DNA from: a virus
Virus record (IMG/VR): IMGVR_UViG_3300046115_000069
Span: 1 to 52,244 of that record
Reading direction: 5' to 3' (one strand)
Length of the DNA: 52,244 nt
A program made the translations under genes and the position numbers. Positions 40,501 through 50,018 of the stretch are shown here, in pieces. A model generated the notes under the pieces. It ran no database searches. It was given only the letters and a program-made list of their open reading frames with translations, and was not told where the DNA came from. Position 1 is the stretch's first letter. Every line of letters begins with the position of its first letter.

Positions 40501-40982
40501 CAGGCGGACCTGTAGAAGCCTGCGGCGTTGACCACGGCCACGACATCCGAGCCGTCGGGGGTGATGGCGAAGTCGTAGCTGCCGAGGAACACGATGTTGG
40601 CATCCGTGCCACCGGTCGTGTCCGAGTCGTAGCCCAGCAACAGGTCCGTGGACACGCCACCCGCGAGCGCCACAGTGGTCCACGTGAGGTCGGGCATGTC
40701 GACGTCGTAGCGGTCGTTGGCGTCGTCCGGCGCTGGTAGTGCTGCCAGGTCAGCGTCGGTGATGGTCTTCCGGTTCCACCCGTTGGTGGTCCGTTCGGTG
40801 ATGCCACCGCCCAAGGCCAGTACAGCCGTGATCGTGTCGGCGTCACGAAGCTGTGCGTCGGTCACCGTGCCGCGTGAGATCGGGATGATGATGAAGGCCG
40901 AGTTCGCAGGGTCGTTGTTCTCAACCCTGTTGTAGAGCTCGACCACTCGGCCCTTGCCGATGTTGGCCGTCACGTCTGCCAT
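40500..40982 (-). CDS. Hypothetical structural-looking protein (160 aa)
   Basis: TAATG coupled start. MADVTANIGKGRVVELYNRV... No family recognised. Confidence 0.55.
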   Translation of the reverse strand: MADVTANIGKGRVVELYNRVENNDPANSAFIIIPISRGTVTDAQLRDADTITAVLALGGGITERTTNGWNRKTITDADLAALPAPDDANDRYDVDMPDLTWTTVALAGGVSTDLLLGYDSDTTGGTDANIVFLGSYDFAITPDGSDVVAVVNAAGFYRSA

Positions 40983-41329
40983 TACTGAGTCACCATTTTC
41001 TGTACTACGACCCCGCCCTGGGCAAGGTACTCTGGACTGTTCGGTGTGCCGTCGTCGATCCAAACGTCCCAGACGCCGGACAGGATCGTCAGTGCAGCTG
41101 TCTGCGCCTTGCTGAGGAAGATGTCAACGTAGCCGGACGCAGCTACGATGGTAGGGACGACCGTCAAGACTTCGACTAGGTCGTCGACATCCTGGCGGAT
41201 CTGCATCTTCGCCGTGAAGCCAATGAGGTTGCGGACAGTCCCGTCGCTGTTAGTAACAGCGATGCGCTTGATGAACGGTGCGCCCTTGTGGATGGTGATG
41301 TCAAGGCGTGCAGGTGTGTTAGCTGCCAT
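40982..41329 (-). CDS. Hypothetical Ig-like/beta-sandwich-looking protein (115 aa)
   Basis: ATG 41329 overlaps the holin-like gene by 11 nt. Confidence 0.55.
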   Translation of the reverse strand: MAANTPARLDITIHKGAPFIKRIAVTNSDGTVRNLIGFTAKMQIRQDVDDLVEVLTVVPTIVAASGYVDIFLSKAQTAALTILSGVWDVWIDDGTPNSPEYLAQGGVVVQKMVTQ

Positions 41330-41591
41330 CGGAAGGCTTCAGTCCGTAGTCGCGCGGACGATCGTAGACCATGGACGCAGATCCGATGGGGCCAGCGCCG
41401 GATGCGTTGACGATCATGGACTTGATGACGCTGAAGAGTGCTGCGATGGCCGCTGCCAGCAAAACGCCCTTCCAGTCCGCCGAGATGATGTCCAGGCCGT
41501 CGACACCTGCGATGCCTACGAGGGCTGCCAGGAAGGCCCAGAAGAGGCGTTCGCTGGCTCCCTTCCAAAACGCTACTGTCCAGATATTCAC
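41319..41591 (-). CDS. r1t-type holin-like membrane protein (90 aa)
   Basis: GTG 41591 lies 6 nt after AGAGG. AFWKGASERLFWAFLAALVG...WKGVLLAAAIAALFSVIKSMI resembles the phage_r1t_holin family. Confidence 0.6.
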   Translation of the reverse strand: MNIWTVAFWKGASERLFWAFLAALVGIAGVDGLDIISADWKGVLLAAAIAALFSVIKSMIVNASGAGPIGSASMVYDRPRDYGLKPSDGS

Positions 41592-41592
41592 T

Positions 41593-41937
41593 TCATACCT
41601 CTGTATTGCTTCGACGCTGATTGCGAATGAGTAGGACAAGCCATCGACCCAACACCACCATCGTGATGCCGAAGATGGCCAAGCGAATGAGACCCCGCTC
41701 AGGATAGCCCTCAAAGGCTGATGCGGAGACACCGTGGACAACTGATTGAAAGTTGGCCATGGCCACGTAGGTTAGGACCAAAGCGTAGGAACCAATAGTT
41801 GCCATCAGCGCCTTGCCCTCGTCGTACAGCTGCCACTTGGACCTTGAGGCGTACAGGATGATGTGTGTCCAGGCGATAGCGGCGTCTGCAACAACGACGA
41901 CAGATCCGATCCAGAACACCCATTCATTAGCGTTCAT
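41593..41937 (-). CDS. Multi-pass membrane protein (114 aa), holin/antiholin candidate
   Basis: Three or four hydrophobic segments. Basic C-terminus NQRRSNTEV. Confidence 0.6.
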   Translation of the reverse strand: MNANEWVFWIGSVVVVADAAIAWTHIILYASRSKWQLYDEGKALMATIGSYALVLTYVAMANFQSVVHGVSASAFEGYPERGLIRLAIFGITMVVLGRWLVLLIRNQRRSNTEV

Positions 41938-42133
41938 CGTGCCTACCTTCCATCGCTAGGCGAATGCGGGCGCCTAGGTGGTTTTGGTCACGCTCAGTCC
42001 GGAGTGAATGAGTAAGTTTCCGGCCCTGAACGGCTTGCACATCTACTACCTTCTTCGCGGCCCTCACCTCGGCAAGTGCCTCACTATGCTTCGCGCGACC
42101 TGACGACCACCTCATTAGATTCCACCAGTTCAT
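41927..42133 (-). CDS. Small basic soluble protein (68 aa)
   Basis: ATGA overlap with the upstream gene. Confidence 0.5.
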   Translation of the reverse strand: MNWWNLMRWSSGRAKHSEALAEVRAAKKVVDVQAVQGRKLTHSLRTERDQNHLGARIRLAMEGRHDER

Positions 42134-42381
42134 TGCTGGACACCTCCGCGCGGGAGTGCCTTTAGGATGGCATCCGCAGTCCTAGCGTACTCGAGAAGTT
42201 CCTTGTTAGTCTCAACGACCGTCATAGCTACGGCCTGCCATTCTCTGGCCTCTTGTGCCTTTTCGCGGTAGAAGGAACGAGGAACAAGCCGTCCGGTTAG
42301 GATCATGATGACTGTCAATGCCAAGAGCGATCCAGGTCCCCACTTGGCAAGGATAGCTTCTAGTGCCAACCCTTCGAACAT
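42130..42381 (-). CDS. Single-pass membrane protein with a coiled-coil tail (83 aa); holin or lysis accessory candidate
   Basis: GACGGGGA RBS. TM segment GPGSLLALTVIMILTG. Confidence 0.6.
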   Translation of the reverse strand: MFEGLALEAILAKWGPGSLLALTVIMILTGRLVPRSFYREKAQEAREWQAVAMTVVETNKELLEYARTADAILKALPRGGVQQ

Positions 42382-42406
42382 GTTCCCCGTCTCTCTACTG
42401 CTATGG

Positions 42407-43222
42407 TTACGGAATCGCCGTGGTCGCTTCCGCCTGAATCTTGAGGGCGGCGACGCAACCGTCCTTCGCGTACTTCTTGGCGAGCGTTGGGTCGAAGGCC
42501 TTCTCGGCGATGGCGGTCGCGAGCGTGTCGATGAAGGTAGCGTCTGCGATCAGAGCCGCTGCGAGCTCGGTGGCGTTGACCGCAACCTCGACTGGCTTCT
42601 TGACCTCAGTGAGGAGCTCCTTGAGGATGTTTGGGAACGTGACGGGTGCGCCGTTCTGCACGCTCTTGTTGCCGACGATCGGATCGTGTCCCTGAAGGGC
42701 GTGGTACAGAGCGTTGTCGGCGTTGAGCGCCGCCTGTTCGGGTGCGGTGGCCACGATGCTTCCTCCTGCTTTGAACGAGGTGATTGAAGTCCACTCCGAG
42801 CCATCCTCATCGAAACCAGGATCGCCACTGAAGTGGCCATGCATGTCGTGCGGGTCCTTGCCTGTGTAGCGTTCCTCTTTCCAACCGTCGGACTTCTTCC
42901 AGACCCTACGGTCGTAGATGATGTAGATGAGACGCTTCAAGTCTCCAGGAGTCCGAAGCATCCGCTGAACAACCTGCTCGAGCGTTACGCCCCTGGGGTT
43001 GTTCAGCCGCTTGTCCTTGTCGATGGCACGGACCTCTTGCTTGGAATCTGCATCCGACCTCTCTGCAGACACACCTGGTGTGTCGTCAGGGTTGTGACCT
43101 GACGTTCCCGACGCGTGTGCTAGGTCGCCGATCCACCCGTCCTGGGCCGTCTCGCTCTCAGGGAACGTTGACTTGAAGTCTTTCCACATTCGGTCCATGC
43201 TTGTCGACCGTTGCGGTGCCAC
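42407..43222 (-). CDS. Putative endolysin (LAS/M15-like zinc peptidase motifs)
   Basis: GGAAGGGAGG 6 nt before GTG 43222 (the ORF is open to 43255). HNPDD (H-x3-D) and HDMHGH (HxH). Lies between the tail genes and the membrane proteins. Confidence 0.55.
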   Translation of the reverse strand: MAPQRSTSMDRMWKDFKSTFPESETAQDGWIGDLAHASGTSGHNPDDTPGVSAERSDADSKQEVRAIDKDKRLNNPRGVTLEQVVQRMLRTPGDLKRLIYIIYDRRVWKKSDGWKEERYTGKDPHDMHGHFSGDPGFDEDGSEWTSITSFKAGGSIVATAPEQAALNADNALYHALQGHDPIVGNKSVQNGAPVTFPNILKELLTEVKKPVEVAVNATELAAALIADATFIDTLATAIAEKAFDPTLAKKYAKDGCVAALKIQAEATTAIP

Positions 43223-43394
43223 TACTTGCCTCCCTTCCACGCAACTCATCTTCACGAATGCCGACTACCACTTCGCCAAACAGCGTCACACGGAGTTGGA
43301 ATCCGCAACCGTCACAGTCGAACACGTGACCGATTCCAACCCCCAATTCTGTGAGGTCGGTCTCTTCGGCACAGTTCATGCATGGGATGATCAT
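43158..43394 (-). CDS. Small Zn-ribbon protein (78 aa)
   Basis: TGATG coupled start. CMNC...CDGC. Its 3' end overlaps the endolysin start by about 65 nt. Confidence 0.45.
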   Translation of the reverse strand: MIIPCMNCAEETDLTELGVGIGHVFDCDGCGFQLRVTLFGEVVVGIREDELRGREASSGTATVDKHGPNVERLQVNVP

Positions 43395-44194
43395 CAGAAT
43401 CCGTTCACTGACAGTAGCTGTAGACGAGCTGTTCCGGCACCGCTGACTCGACGCATCTCTAGATCGATCTTGAACAGGAAGCCAGCGTACGGGGGACCGC
43501 CGGCGAAGTCATTCTCATGTTCGTAGAAGAGCTGCGAGTATACAAAGGCACCAGAGCCATGAGCATTGGGCGCCGTGGTGGGATTGCTAAAGGCCGTATC
43601 ACGTGCACGAACCTCGGACGTCGTACCAACATCATTCTGGACCAGATAGCTAAGCTCCAGGAATGGGTGAAAGCCCTGGCCGTAGACGGTCCACAACGAA
43701 GCGAACGAGCCTGACGTGGTGCTCGCTGAAGGTGTGGCATGTACACTAGACAAGGCGAAGGGGTAGTCGAAGGACGGACTGCTGAGGCCCCAGTTCACGC
43801 CCAACGAAACGACAGAGGATCCGTTGTGGTCGATGACGTCAACCACCCCGCCCTCGTCAACGCCCCCAGGCTCACTTGCCCCTGCAACGAACATGGGTGA
43901 GCCGTCGCCACCTGTGTTGGGGTTGTTTGCCTGGATGCCCCAAACATCTCCGTCAATGTTTCCGATGCGGGCAACAATGCCATCGTCCAACTGTCGACGC
44001 ACGATGAGAGTTGCACCGGACTTGAGTGTCAGCTCGCCACTGTCGATTGACGTATTGCCCTTGCCGCCGCCCGACTCCAAAGCCTTTAGGCGTCGGTCGA
44101 ACTGGGCAATGATGTCGCCCATGGTCGCCTCGCCAGTGCCATACCTCGTGCTGCGCCCAGAGCCGAGACCTGGACCAAGACCTGCACTAGTCAT
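43394..44194 (-). CDS. Minor tail protein (266 aa)
   Basis: ATGACTAG overlap with the upstream gene. Gly/Ser-rich. Called by position. Confidence 0.6.
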   Translation of the reverse strand: MTSAGLGPGLGSGRSTRYGTGEATMGDIIAQFDRRLKALESGGGKGNTSIDSGELTLKSGATLIVRRQLDDGIVARIGNIDGDVWGIQANNPNTGGDGSPMFVAGASEPGGVDEGGVVDVIDHNGSSVVSLGVNWGLSSPSFDYPFALSSVHATPSASTTSGSFASLWTVYGQGFHPFLELSYLVQNDVGTTSEVRARDTAFSNPTTAPNAHGSGAFVYSQLFYEHENDFAGGPPYAGFLFKIDLEMRRVSGAGTARLQLLSVNGF

Positions 44195-45266
44195 TCAACT
44201 CATCCCCCTCAAAGACAAGTTGGACCTCGTCAGAACTGTCATCGGATTGTGGCGTGTAGCTCCACGCGACCAACCTGGCAGGTGTCTGAAAGCCTTCAGG
44301 ATGTCTGGCATCCAAAATAGCCACCGTACAACTATCACCCAAGCCGTACGATCCGAAGACAGGTGCTGTGTTCCCTTTAACCTGGATCTTAATGCTGGTG
44401 AATGGAGGGCGTCGACGCGGCCCAATTTGATTGGCGAAGCTCTGCACCAGATAGGCGTTGTCGATATCCTTCCGGGGGTACGACACGTCGAACCTGTTGA
44501 ACCCCGATGCCAACAGGTCCGTTGCTACGTATGTGCCTACGATGATGTCCGAGCCGTTGCCGTCGCCGAGTACGTACATGTGCGTCCCGGCGTTAGTCAT
44601 GCCGTCGGTCTTCCAATAGTTGAAGATGTTTCCGGGGTACTCGAAGGACATCCCGGAAGGATCGGCTGTTCCCAAGTTGGGACTACCAATTCGAAGGTCG
44701 CGCCTGTAGTTGTATCCGGCCTTCGTTGCCGTAATCTTCCAATCGAAGCCCTCGACACCATCTGCCAATGCCTGCATATTGGTCAAATAGGTCTTGTAGT
44801 CTGTAGTCAGTGTCGACAAGTCCACTGACGTCAGAGCCATGAAGGCGGACGGAACGTTGATGCCGAGATTGCAGTAGGTCTGTGCCTGAAGCGTGTTCCA
44901 AAGGTCACGCATGATGTTTCGTGGGTCGGCTGAGATGTTGTAGTCACCCATGAACACCTTGTCAGCGTATGCCTCGGACTCACGGCACGTTAGCTGCAAG
45001 TCCTTGGCAAGGCTGTCGTAGGTCCTAGACCATACGATGCCGTCCCAAAGAACAACATCGTCACGTTCCGCAGTCATGAAGCACTCGCCTGGTACAGTTG
45101 CGTTGACTACGTCGTGGTTGTCAACACCTGTGGCATCCAGTCGGACTGTGGCACGAAACGTTCCCCAATCGTTCAGCATGCTGGACATCGACACGCCCTC
45201 AAGAGCGAGCTCAGCAAGGACTGTTCGGTCGGAGAGCCTGCCAAAGACGTACCGGATGCCAGACAT
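44187..45266 (-). CDS. Minor tail protein (359 aa), Tal-position candidate
   Basis: TAATG coupled start at 45266. Confidence 0.6.
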   Translation of the reverse strand: MSGIRYVFGRLSDRTVLAELALEGVSMSSMLNDWGTFRATVRLDATGVDNHDVVNATVPGECFMTAERDDVVLWDGIVWSRTYDSLAKDLQLTCRESEAYADKVFMGDYNISADPRNIMRDLWNTLQAQTYCNLGINVPSAFMALTSVDLSTLTTDYKTYLTNMQALADGVEGFDWKITATKAGYNYRRDLRIGSPNLGTADPSGMSFEYPGNIFNYWKTDGMTNAGTHMYVLGDGNGSDIIVGTYVATDLLASGFNRFDVSYPRKDIDNAYLVQSFANQIGPRRRPPFTSIKIQVKGNTAPVFGSYGLGDSCTVAILDARHPEGFQTPARLVAWSYTPQSDDSSDEVQLVFEGDELND

Positions 45267-46429
45267 TAGTCCCAGCCCTCCAGGTAGAAGGAGCACCCGG
45301 CCTGGAAGTTGCCAGCGGTCTGCAGAAGCGAGAAGCTGGTGTAACCAGAACCAGACGAGCCCAGGTAGGCCAGCACCTGAGTGAAGGCCTGACTACCACC
45401 AGAGGTGTTGAAGACGTAGCCGGATTGTGCGATTGCGGTCAGGTAGGTCGCATGCGGCGCATCCCACCCGAACAGGTCCATGTTCCCACCAGCCCAGTCA
45501 CCAGCGCCGGCACCTGACGGGAAGTTGCCAACGGCCCAAGAGGTCTGGCCAATGCCTGCCGTCGCTGATACGGTGGTAGCGAAGGCATTCAAGGTCTGGT
45601 GCCTGTAGTTAGCACCGGCGTCGGCGTTGATCCTCGCCAGTAGAGCTCCCGACGATGAAGCGTCGCCGCGAACTGTCCAACCGATGCGAAGCCGCTTCAA
45701 GGTAGCTGGGATGTTCGAGAACGTGATCGTTGAAGCAGGCGCCACCAACGTTTGATCCTGCTTGTACGGGGCAATCAGGAACCACGTGGTACTAACCAGG
45801 CGGCGGTGGAGCGTCGTGTCGAGCTCGTAGATCAGCTGCCCTTGCGGTACGGTGTTAGTGCCAGGCCGAGTGGTGCTCGTGCAGTTGATTACGCCGCCGA
45901 GTGCCGCTGCCCAGACGCGTTGGTCCGTGATGTTGGCATTGACGATGGTCGTAGTGGCCGCGGCCACAGCAATGCGAGCCAAAATCAAGGAGCTGTTCGG
46001 TGCAGAAGGAACAGCAGGCGAAGCCGAAGCCACACCCGTTACGTTGATGATGCGCCAGTCGTTAATCGCGCCACTGTAAGCCTGGTCACGAACCTGAGCC
46101 ACGATCAAGTCAATACGCGGCTGTGCTGGATCTGACGCTGTCAGTGTAACGTTGACTGTGGCATCGTTGACGGCGGTGTACACGCCCTGCTTGGAGCCCT
46201 CAACGCCAGGGATGAAGGCCACGCCTGATGCCACGTTGACAGACATGTTTGGGGAGCCATTCTGCGTGACCGCAAGCTCCCCGCCATGCGTGTTGTGAAT
46301 GCCTCCACGACTCTGCAGAGGCGAGCCGGAATCTGAACCCGCAAGCAGTGCGTTCGCAACACCACGATCCACCTCAGCCGTGTGGTTGGTCAAGTTTTGC
46401 ATGAATGCGGGTGGCTGTACTGCTGTCAT
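45266..46429 (-). CDS. Minor tail protein (387 aa)
   Basis: Follows Dit. PRIDLIVAQVRD and Thr/Ala/Ser-rich beta-like sequence, as remembered from actinophage minor tail proteins. Confidence 0.6.
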   Translation of the reverse strand: MTAVQPPAFMQNLTNHTAEVDRGVANALLAGSDSGSPLQSRGGIHNTHGGELAVTQNGSPNMSVNVASGVAFIPGVEGSKQGVYTAVNDATVNVTLTASDPAQPRIDLIVAQVRDQAYSGAINDWRIINVTGVASASPAVPSAPNSSLILARIAVAAATTTIVNANITDQRVWAAALGGVINCTSTTRPGTNTVPQGQLIYELDTTLHRRLVSTTWFLIAPYKQDQTLVAPASTITFSNIPATLKRLRIGWTVRGDASSSGALLARINADAGANYRHQTLNAFATTVSATAGIGQTSWAVGNFPSGAGAGDWAGGNMDLFGWDAPHATYLTAIAQSGYVFNTSGGSQAFTQVLAYLGSSGSGYTSFSLLQTAGNFQAGCSFYLEGWD

Positions 46430-46432
46430 GTC

Positions 46433-47290
46433 TCACCTCCAGGCGTATCGGTATTGAATGATCAGCTTGCTCGTAGGATCAGAACTCTCAGCACGGTACC
46501 GGATGAACGTCGATCCTGGATCGAGGTAGAACCATACCGGAGCCAAGAGTGTGTTGCGACGATTCGTAGCGTCGTTCAACTTCACCGTCTTGTACTGTGG
46601 CCGGATCACCAACGTTTCTCCAGCACCCAAGGTGATGTTGAACTTCATCAACTGGCCCGTGGTGTCGTTCAGAATCTGGGGATTCGTGACCGGTCCGTAG
46701 ATGGTAAAGGTTGGCGGCGTCGAACGGTTACCGCCATTGGTAACGAAGGCGCCATCCGAGACAGTACTGACACCACCGTACCCGAAGTTGTAGCTCTTGT
46801 TATAGCCACGACCTGTGAAGACTGTAGCACCTAGGTTGATCTGAGTCGACACCAAGTTGTTGCTGTAAATGCGTGGGTCCTCGGCGAAGCCCCGGAACTG
46901 AATGTCTGCCTGACCAAGACGACGAAGACTTGTCCAGTCGTATCGAACACCCAAAGGCTTGATGAAGATCAAACGCTCGCCGGCATCAGGTGTTGTGAAG
47001 TACAACGGAACTAGAACACTACTAGGCGACCAATTTGCCTTAAGCGTATCTACATACGTTTCGAACAGACCTGTCAGTGCGTACAGCATGCCCGTCAGGG
47101 CAATGTCGCGTCCCTTCTCAAACTCGGCATCCATGTAGCCACCATCGTCGCCCTCATGGTCACGCTGCGTCTCCCGGAATGGTGCCGAGTCAAGTCCACG
47201 AACCTCGTTCAGGTCAATAAAGGGAAAGCTTGTCGAGTCACTATTGATGACTGCACCCGTATCGCCAAGGCGAAAGCTAAGTTCATCCAT
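46433..47290 (-). CDS. Distal tail protein (Dit-like)
   Basis: TGATG coupling to the tape measure stop (GTG 47293 is an alternative). The N-terminus LSFRLGDTGAVINSDSTSFPFIDLNEVRGLD is typical of siphovirus tail component proteins. Confidence 0.7.
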   Translation of the reverse strand: MDELSFRLGDTGAVINSDSTSFPFIDLNEVRGLDSAPFRETQRDHEGDDGGYMDAEFEKGRDIALTGMLYALTGLFETYVDTLKANWSPSSVLVPLYFTTPDAGERLIFIKPLGVRYDWTSLRRLGQADIQFRGFAEDPRIYSNNLVSTQINLGATVFTGRGYNKSYNFGYGGVSTVSDGAFVTNGGNRSTPPTFTIYGPVTNPQILNDTTGQLMKFNITLGAGETLVIRPQYKTVKLNDATNRRNTLLAPVWFYLDPGSTFIRYRAESSDPTSKLIIQYRYAWR

Positions 47291-50013
47291 CACATCACCG
47301 TCGTAACTTCCCAGCCCAGCTGCGTGGCAGCGCGCTGTGGGCTAACTTCCTGAGTGGTAATGTTCTGTGTAATGTTGTAGTACTTGTTAACCACGGGCGC
47401 AGGTGCTGGCTGTAGATCCGGACGACGGAACGAAGGCTGGCCATCTGAGTCCAAGTCAGTACGTAGATCCAACGTACTGTTGATTCCATTCAGCTGATTC
47501 AACAGTGCTGGGAACTGCGACTCGATACCAGTCATGAGGCCTGTCATCACGGCCTTACCTGCAGGGACGAGGATCTTACGGTCGTAGTCAAGCGGACCCT
47601 TGTGGTCGGCAATGTACTTGCCAACGCCAGACAACACTGTACCAAGACCCGGAATGGCTTGTTCGACGCCACGAATCAGGCCTTGAATTACAGCTCGTCC
47701 AGCACTAACCAACACACTACCAAGGTCGCCTACAGCATTCTGGATCGCACCCGGAAGTGAACGGATCAGAGACAACACGAGGGAAATGTGTTCACTAACA
47801 GACTTGCCAAGAGACTTGAAGATGTCGATTAGACGGTTAACAGCCGCCTTCGCCATGTTGAAGGCGTCGACACCCCAACCCCAAGCCTGTACCATCAGCT
47901 GGACGACACTGATGACAAAGCTGACAACGGCAATCAGCAAACCGAGTACACCAGCGCCAGCCAACAATGTAATCACAGCAATGGCTACCAAGCTGGCCTT
48001 GGCAAGACTAAACAACACACTAATAAACGGCATGAGTGTCGCCTTATTTTCATTCCACTTATCTGTAAGACCCTTAATGGCTGGGAGTAGAACACCCGTG
48101 ATGAGGTCGCCAATCCAGCTAAGCACTGGTGCTAGCCAAGACTGCAACGTCTGTCCCACAGTTTGCAGAGTGGAGATTAGGTTGCCGCCCATCTCCTCAC
48201 GGAAGGAGATGAATGCAGGCAGCACCCACTCCTCGATGTAGCCCCACAGTTCTTGCAACGCAGGAAGGATCGTAGCCCTAAATGCCTCGGAGAACGAGGC
48301 AGCAAAGCTAGAGGCGATACCCCAAAGGACCTTGATGTCCTCCCACACCATCTGGAGCATCATTCGGAAGTTGGCGCTGTGCTTCCAAACGTAAATGAAG
48401 GCTGCAGCCAAAGCGGCCAAACCTGCAACGAGTGCTAGAGCGCCACCCAACACTACTAGCAGTACAGACCCTGCTGCGACGAAGGCTGCAATGACACCCG
48501 CCAAGGCGCCAACGAGAATCAGGATGATGCCACCAACAATGGCAATAGCCGTGCTAAATATCAGGAAGGCTGCTACAGCCTTCTGCATCGCCGGCGACAA
48601 GCCATTGAACTTGTCGAGCAACTTCATGACCCAGTTGATGATGGAGATGAAGGTGGGAATGAGTGCCCGACCCAAACTCTCCTGCAACAGCTTCCACTTG
48701 TTACGAAGCATCTCTGTCTTGGCAGCAGCTGTATCAGCCATGAGGCCATATGCAGCATCCAAGCTACCTGCAGAGTTCTTAACCTCGCCAAGAATACTAT
48801 CGAAGGTCTCCAAGGTGCCAGGAACGAGAAGCATCGTCTGAAGGAATCGACGTGCCTCAATCGTGCTTCCAGCACCCTTGAAAATCTCCAAGATTGCCCC
48901 GACACGATCCTTCTCCGGCAACTTGTTAATTACCGTACGAAGGTCACGCAAGACGTCGTTGAAGGGTCGCATGTGTCCAGTAGCATCAAGGGCACTGATA
49001 CCAAGGCCCTTCAGGTTCTTGATAACCTTCGGGTTGGAGATTGCATCGAAGGCACGAGCCACCGAGGTAGTAGCTCGTGCAGCCGACATACCCATACGGG
49101 TCGCGGTAGCAAGTGCAGCCATCATAACTTCGATGGACTGCCCTGCTCGCGCCGCCGATGGGGAGACAAGACCGATCTTCTCGGCCCACTCCTGGTATGT
49201 GCCAACACCTTCCTGGACCAGCTGGAACTGCATGTCTAGGACTTTGTTAACGTCCTCAAGGGGCCTACCGAAGGCATTGAGGACACCAACGGTTGCTCGC
49301 GAGGCCTCCTGAATATCAACCTGGCCGGCAACCGCAGCCTTCGCAAACGCCCGCAGAAGCAACTCCGCCTGACGTGTATTAGCTTCTGTCGAGGAGAAGA
49401 TGTCGAACAGTGCCGGCTGAATGCTCTCGAACGGCAATGCAATGTCATTAGCGACTCGTCGGCCAATGTCACCAAGTTCCTGAAGGTTACCCTTGAAGCC
49501 GTCAATCTGTGTCGCCGTGTGCTTCACTTGACGCTCGTACTCAACTGCAACGTCAATGAAGCTCTTCATGGCATAGAGAGTCACAGCGCCAAAGGCTACG
49601 AGACCAACACCTGCCGTTGCAAGGGCTTGCCCACCCTGCTCAACGACACTAATCATGTGTCGGTGTCGTTGTGAGCTTGCGTCAGCTGCTCGAGCAACAG
49701 CATCGTGTGCTCGAGCAGCATCTTCCGCACGTCGTGCCATGTTCGCGTAACCCAATGCAGCACGACGATGTCCTGCAATCTGCTCTTCCGTAGCACCATT
49801 CAACGCTGCTAGGGTTGCACGCTCGCGGGCCATGGTCGACAAGCGCCGAAGCCTATGAGCGTTCTCCCTTTGAATTCCAGCGGCAGCAGCCGCTGAGGCA
49901 CGATTCGCTGCAGCCCCCGTAGACAGAAGTTCCCGACTGATACCACGCAACGTACGTGAAGCCTCATCTCGTGCACGAAGCACGAGATACAACTCACGCG
50001 TTGACATGGGCAT
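47290..50013 (-). CDS. Tape measure protein
   Basis: 907 aa, Ala-rich and helical with a long hydrophobic central block. AGGAGG RBS. Immediately follows the G/G-T chaperones. Confidence 0.88.
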   Translation of the reverse strand: MPMSTRELYLVLRARDEASRTLRGISRELLSTGAAANRASAAAAAGIQRENAHRLRRLSTMARERATLAALNGATEEQIAGHRRAALGYANMARRAEDAARAHDAVARAADASSQRHRHMISVVEQGGQALATAGVGLVAFGAVTLYAMKSFIDVAVEYERQVKHTATQIDGFKGNLQELGDIGRRVANDIALPFESIQPALFDIFSSTEANTRQAELLLRAFAKAAVAGQVDIQEASRATVGVLNAFGRPLEDVNKVLDMQFQLVQEGVGTYQEWAEKIGLVSPSAARAGQSIEVMMAALATATRMGMSAARATTSVARAFDAISNPKVIKNLKGLGISALDATGHMRPFNDVLRDLRTVINKLPEKDRVGAILEIFKGAGSTIEARRFLQTMLLVPGTLETFDSILGEVKNSAGSLDAAYGLMADTAAAKTEMLRNKWKLLQESLGRALIPTFISIINWVMKLLDKFNGLSPAMQKAVAAFLIFSTAIAIVGGIILILVGALAGVIAAFVAAGSVLLVVLGGALALVAGLAALAAAFIYVWKHSANFRMMLQMVWEDIKVLWGIASSFAASFSEAFRATILPALQELWGYIEEWVLPAFISFREEMGGNLISTLQTVGQTLQSWLAPVLSWIGDLITGVLLPAIKGLTDKWNENKATLMPFISVLFSLAKASLVAIAVITLLAGAGVLGLLIAVVSFVISVVQLMVQAWGWGVDAFNMAKAAVNRLIDIFKSLGKSVSEHISLVLSLIRSLPGAIQNAVGDLGSVLVSAGRAVIQGLIRGVEQAIPGLGTVLSGVGKYIADHKGPLDYDRKILVPAGKAVMTGLMTGIESQFPALLNQLNGINSTLDLRTDLDSDGQPSFRRPDLQPAPAPVVNKYYNITQNITTQEVSPQRAATQLGWEVTTVM

Positions 50014-50018
50014 CGGGG

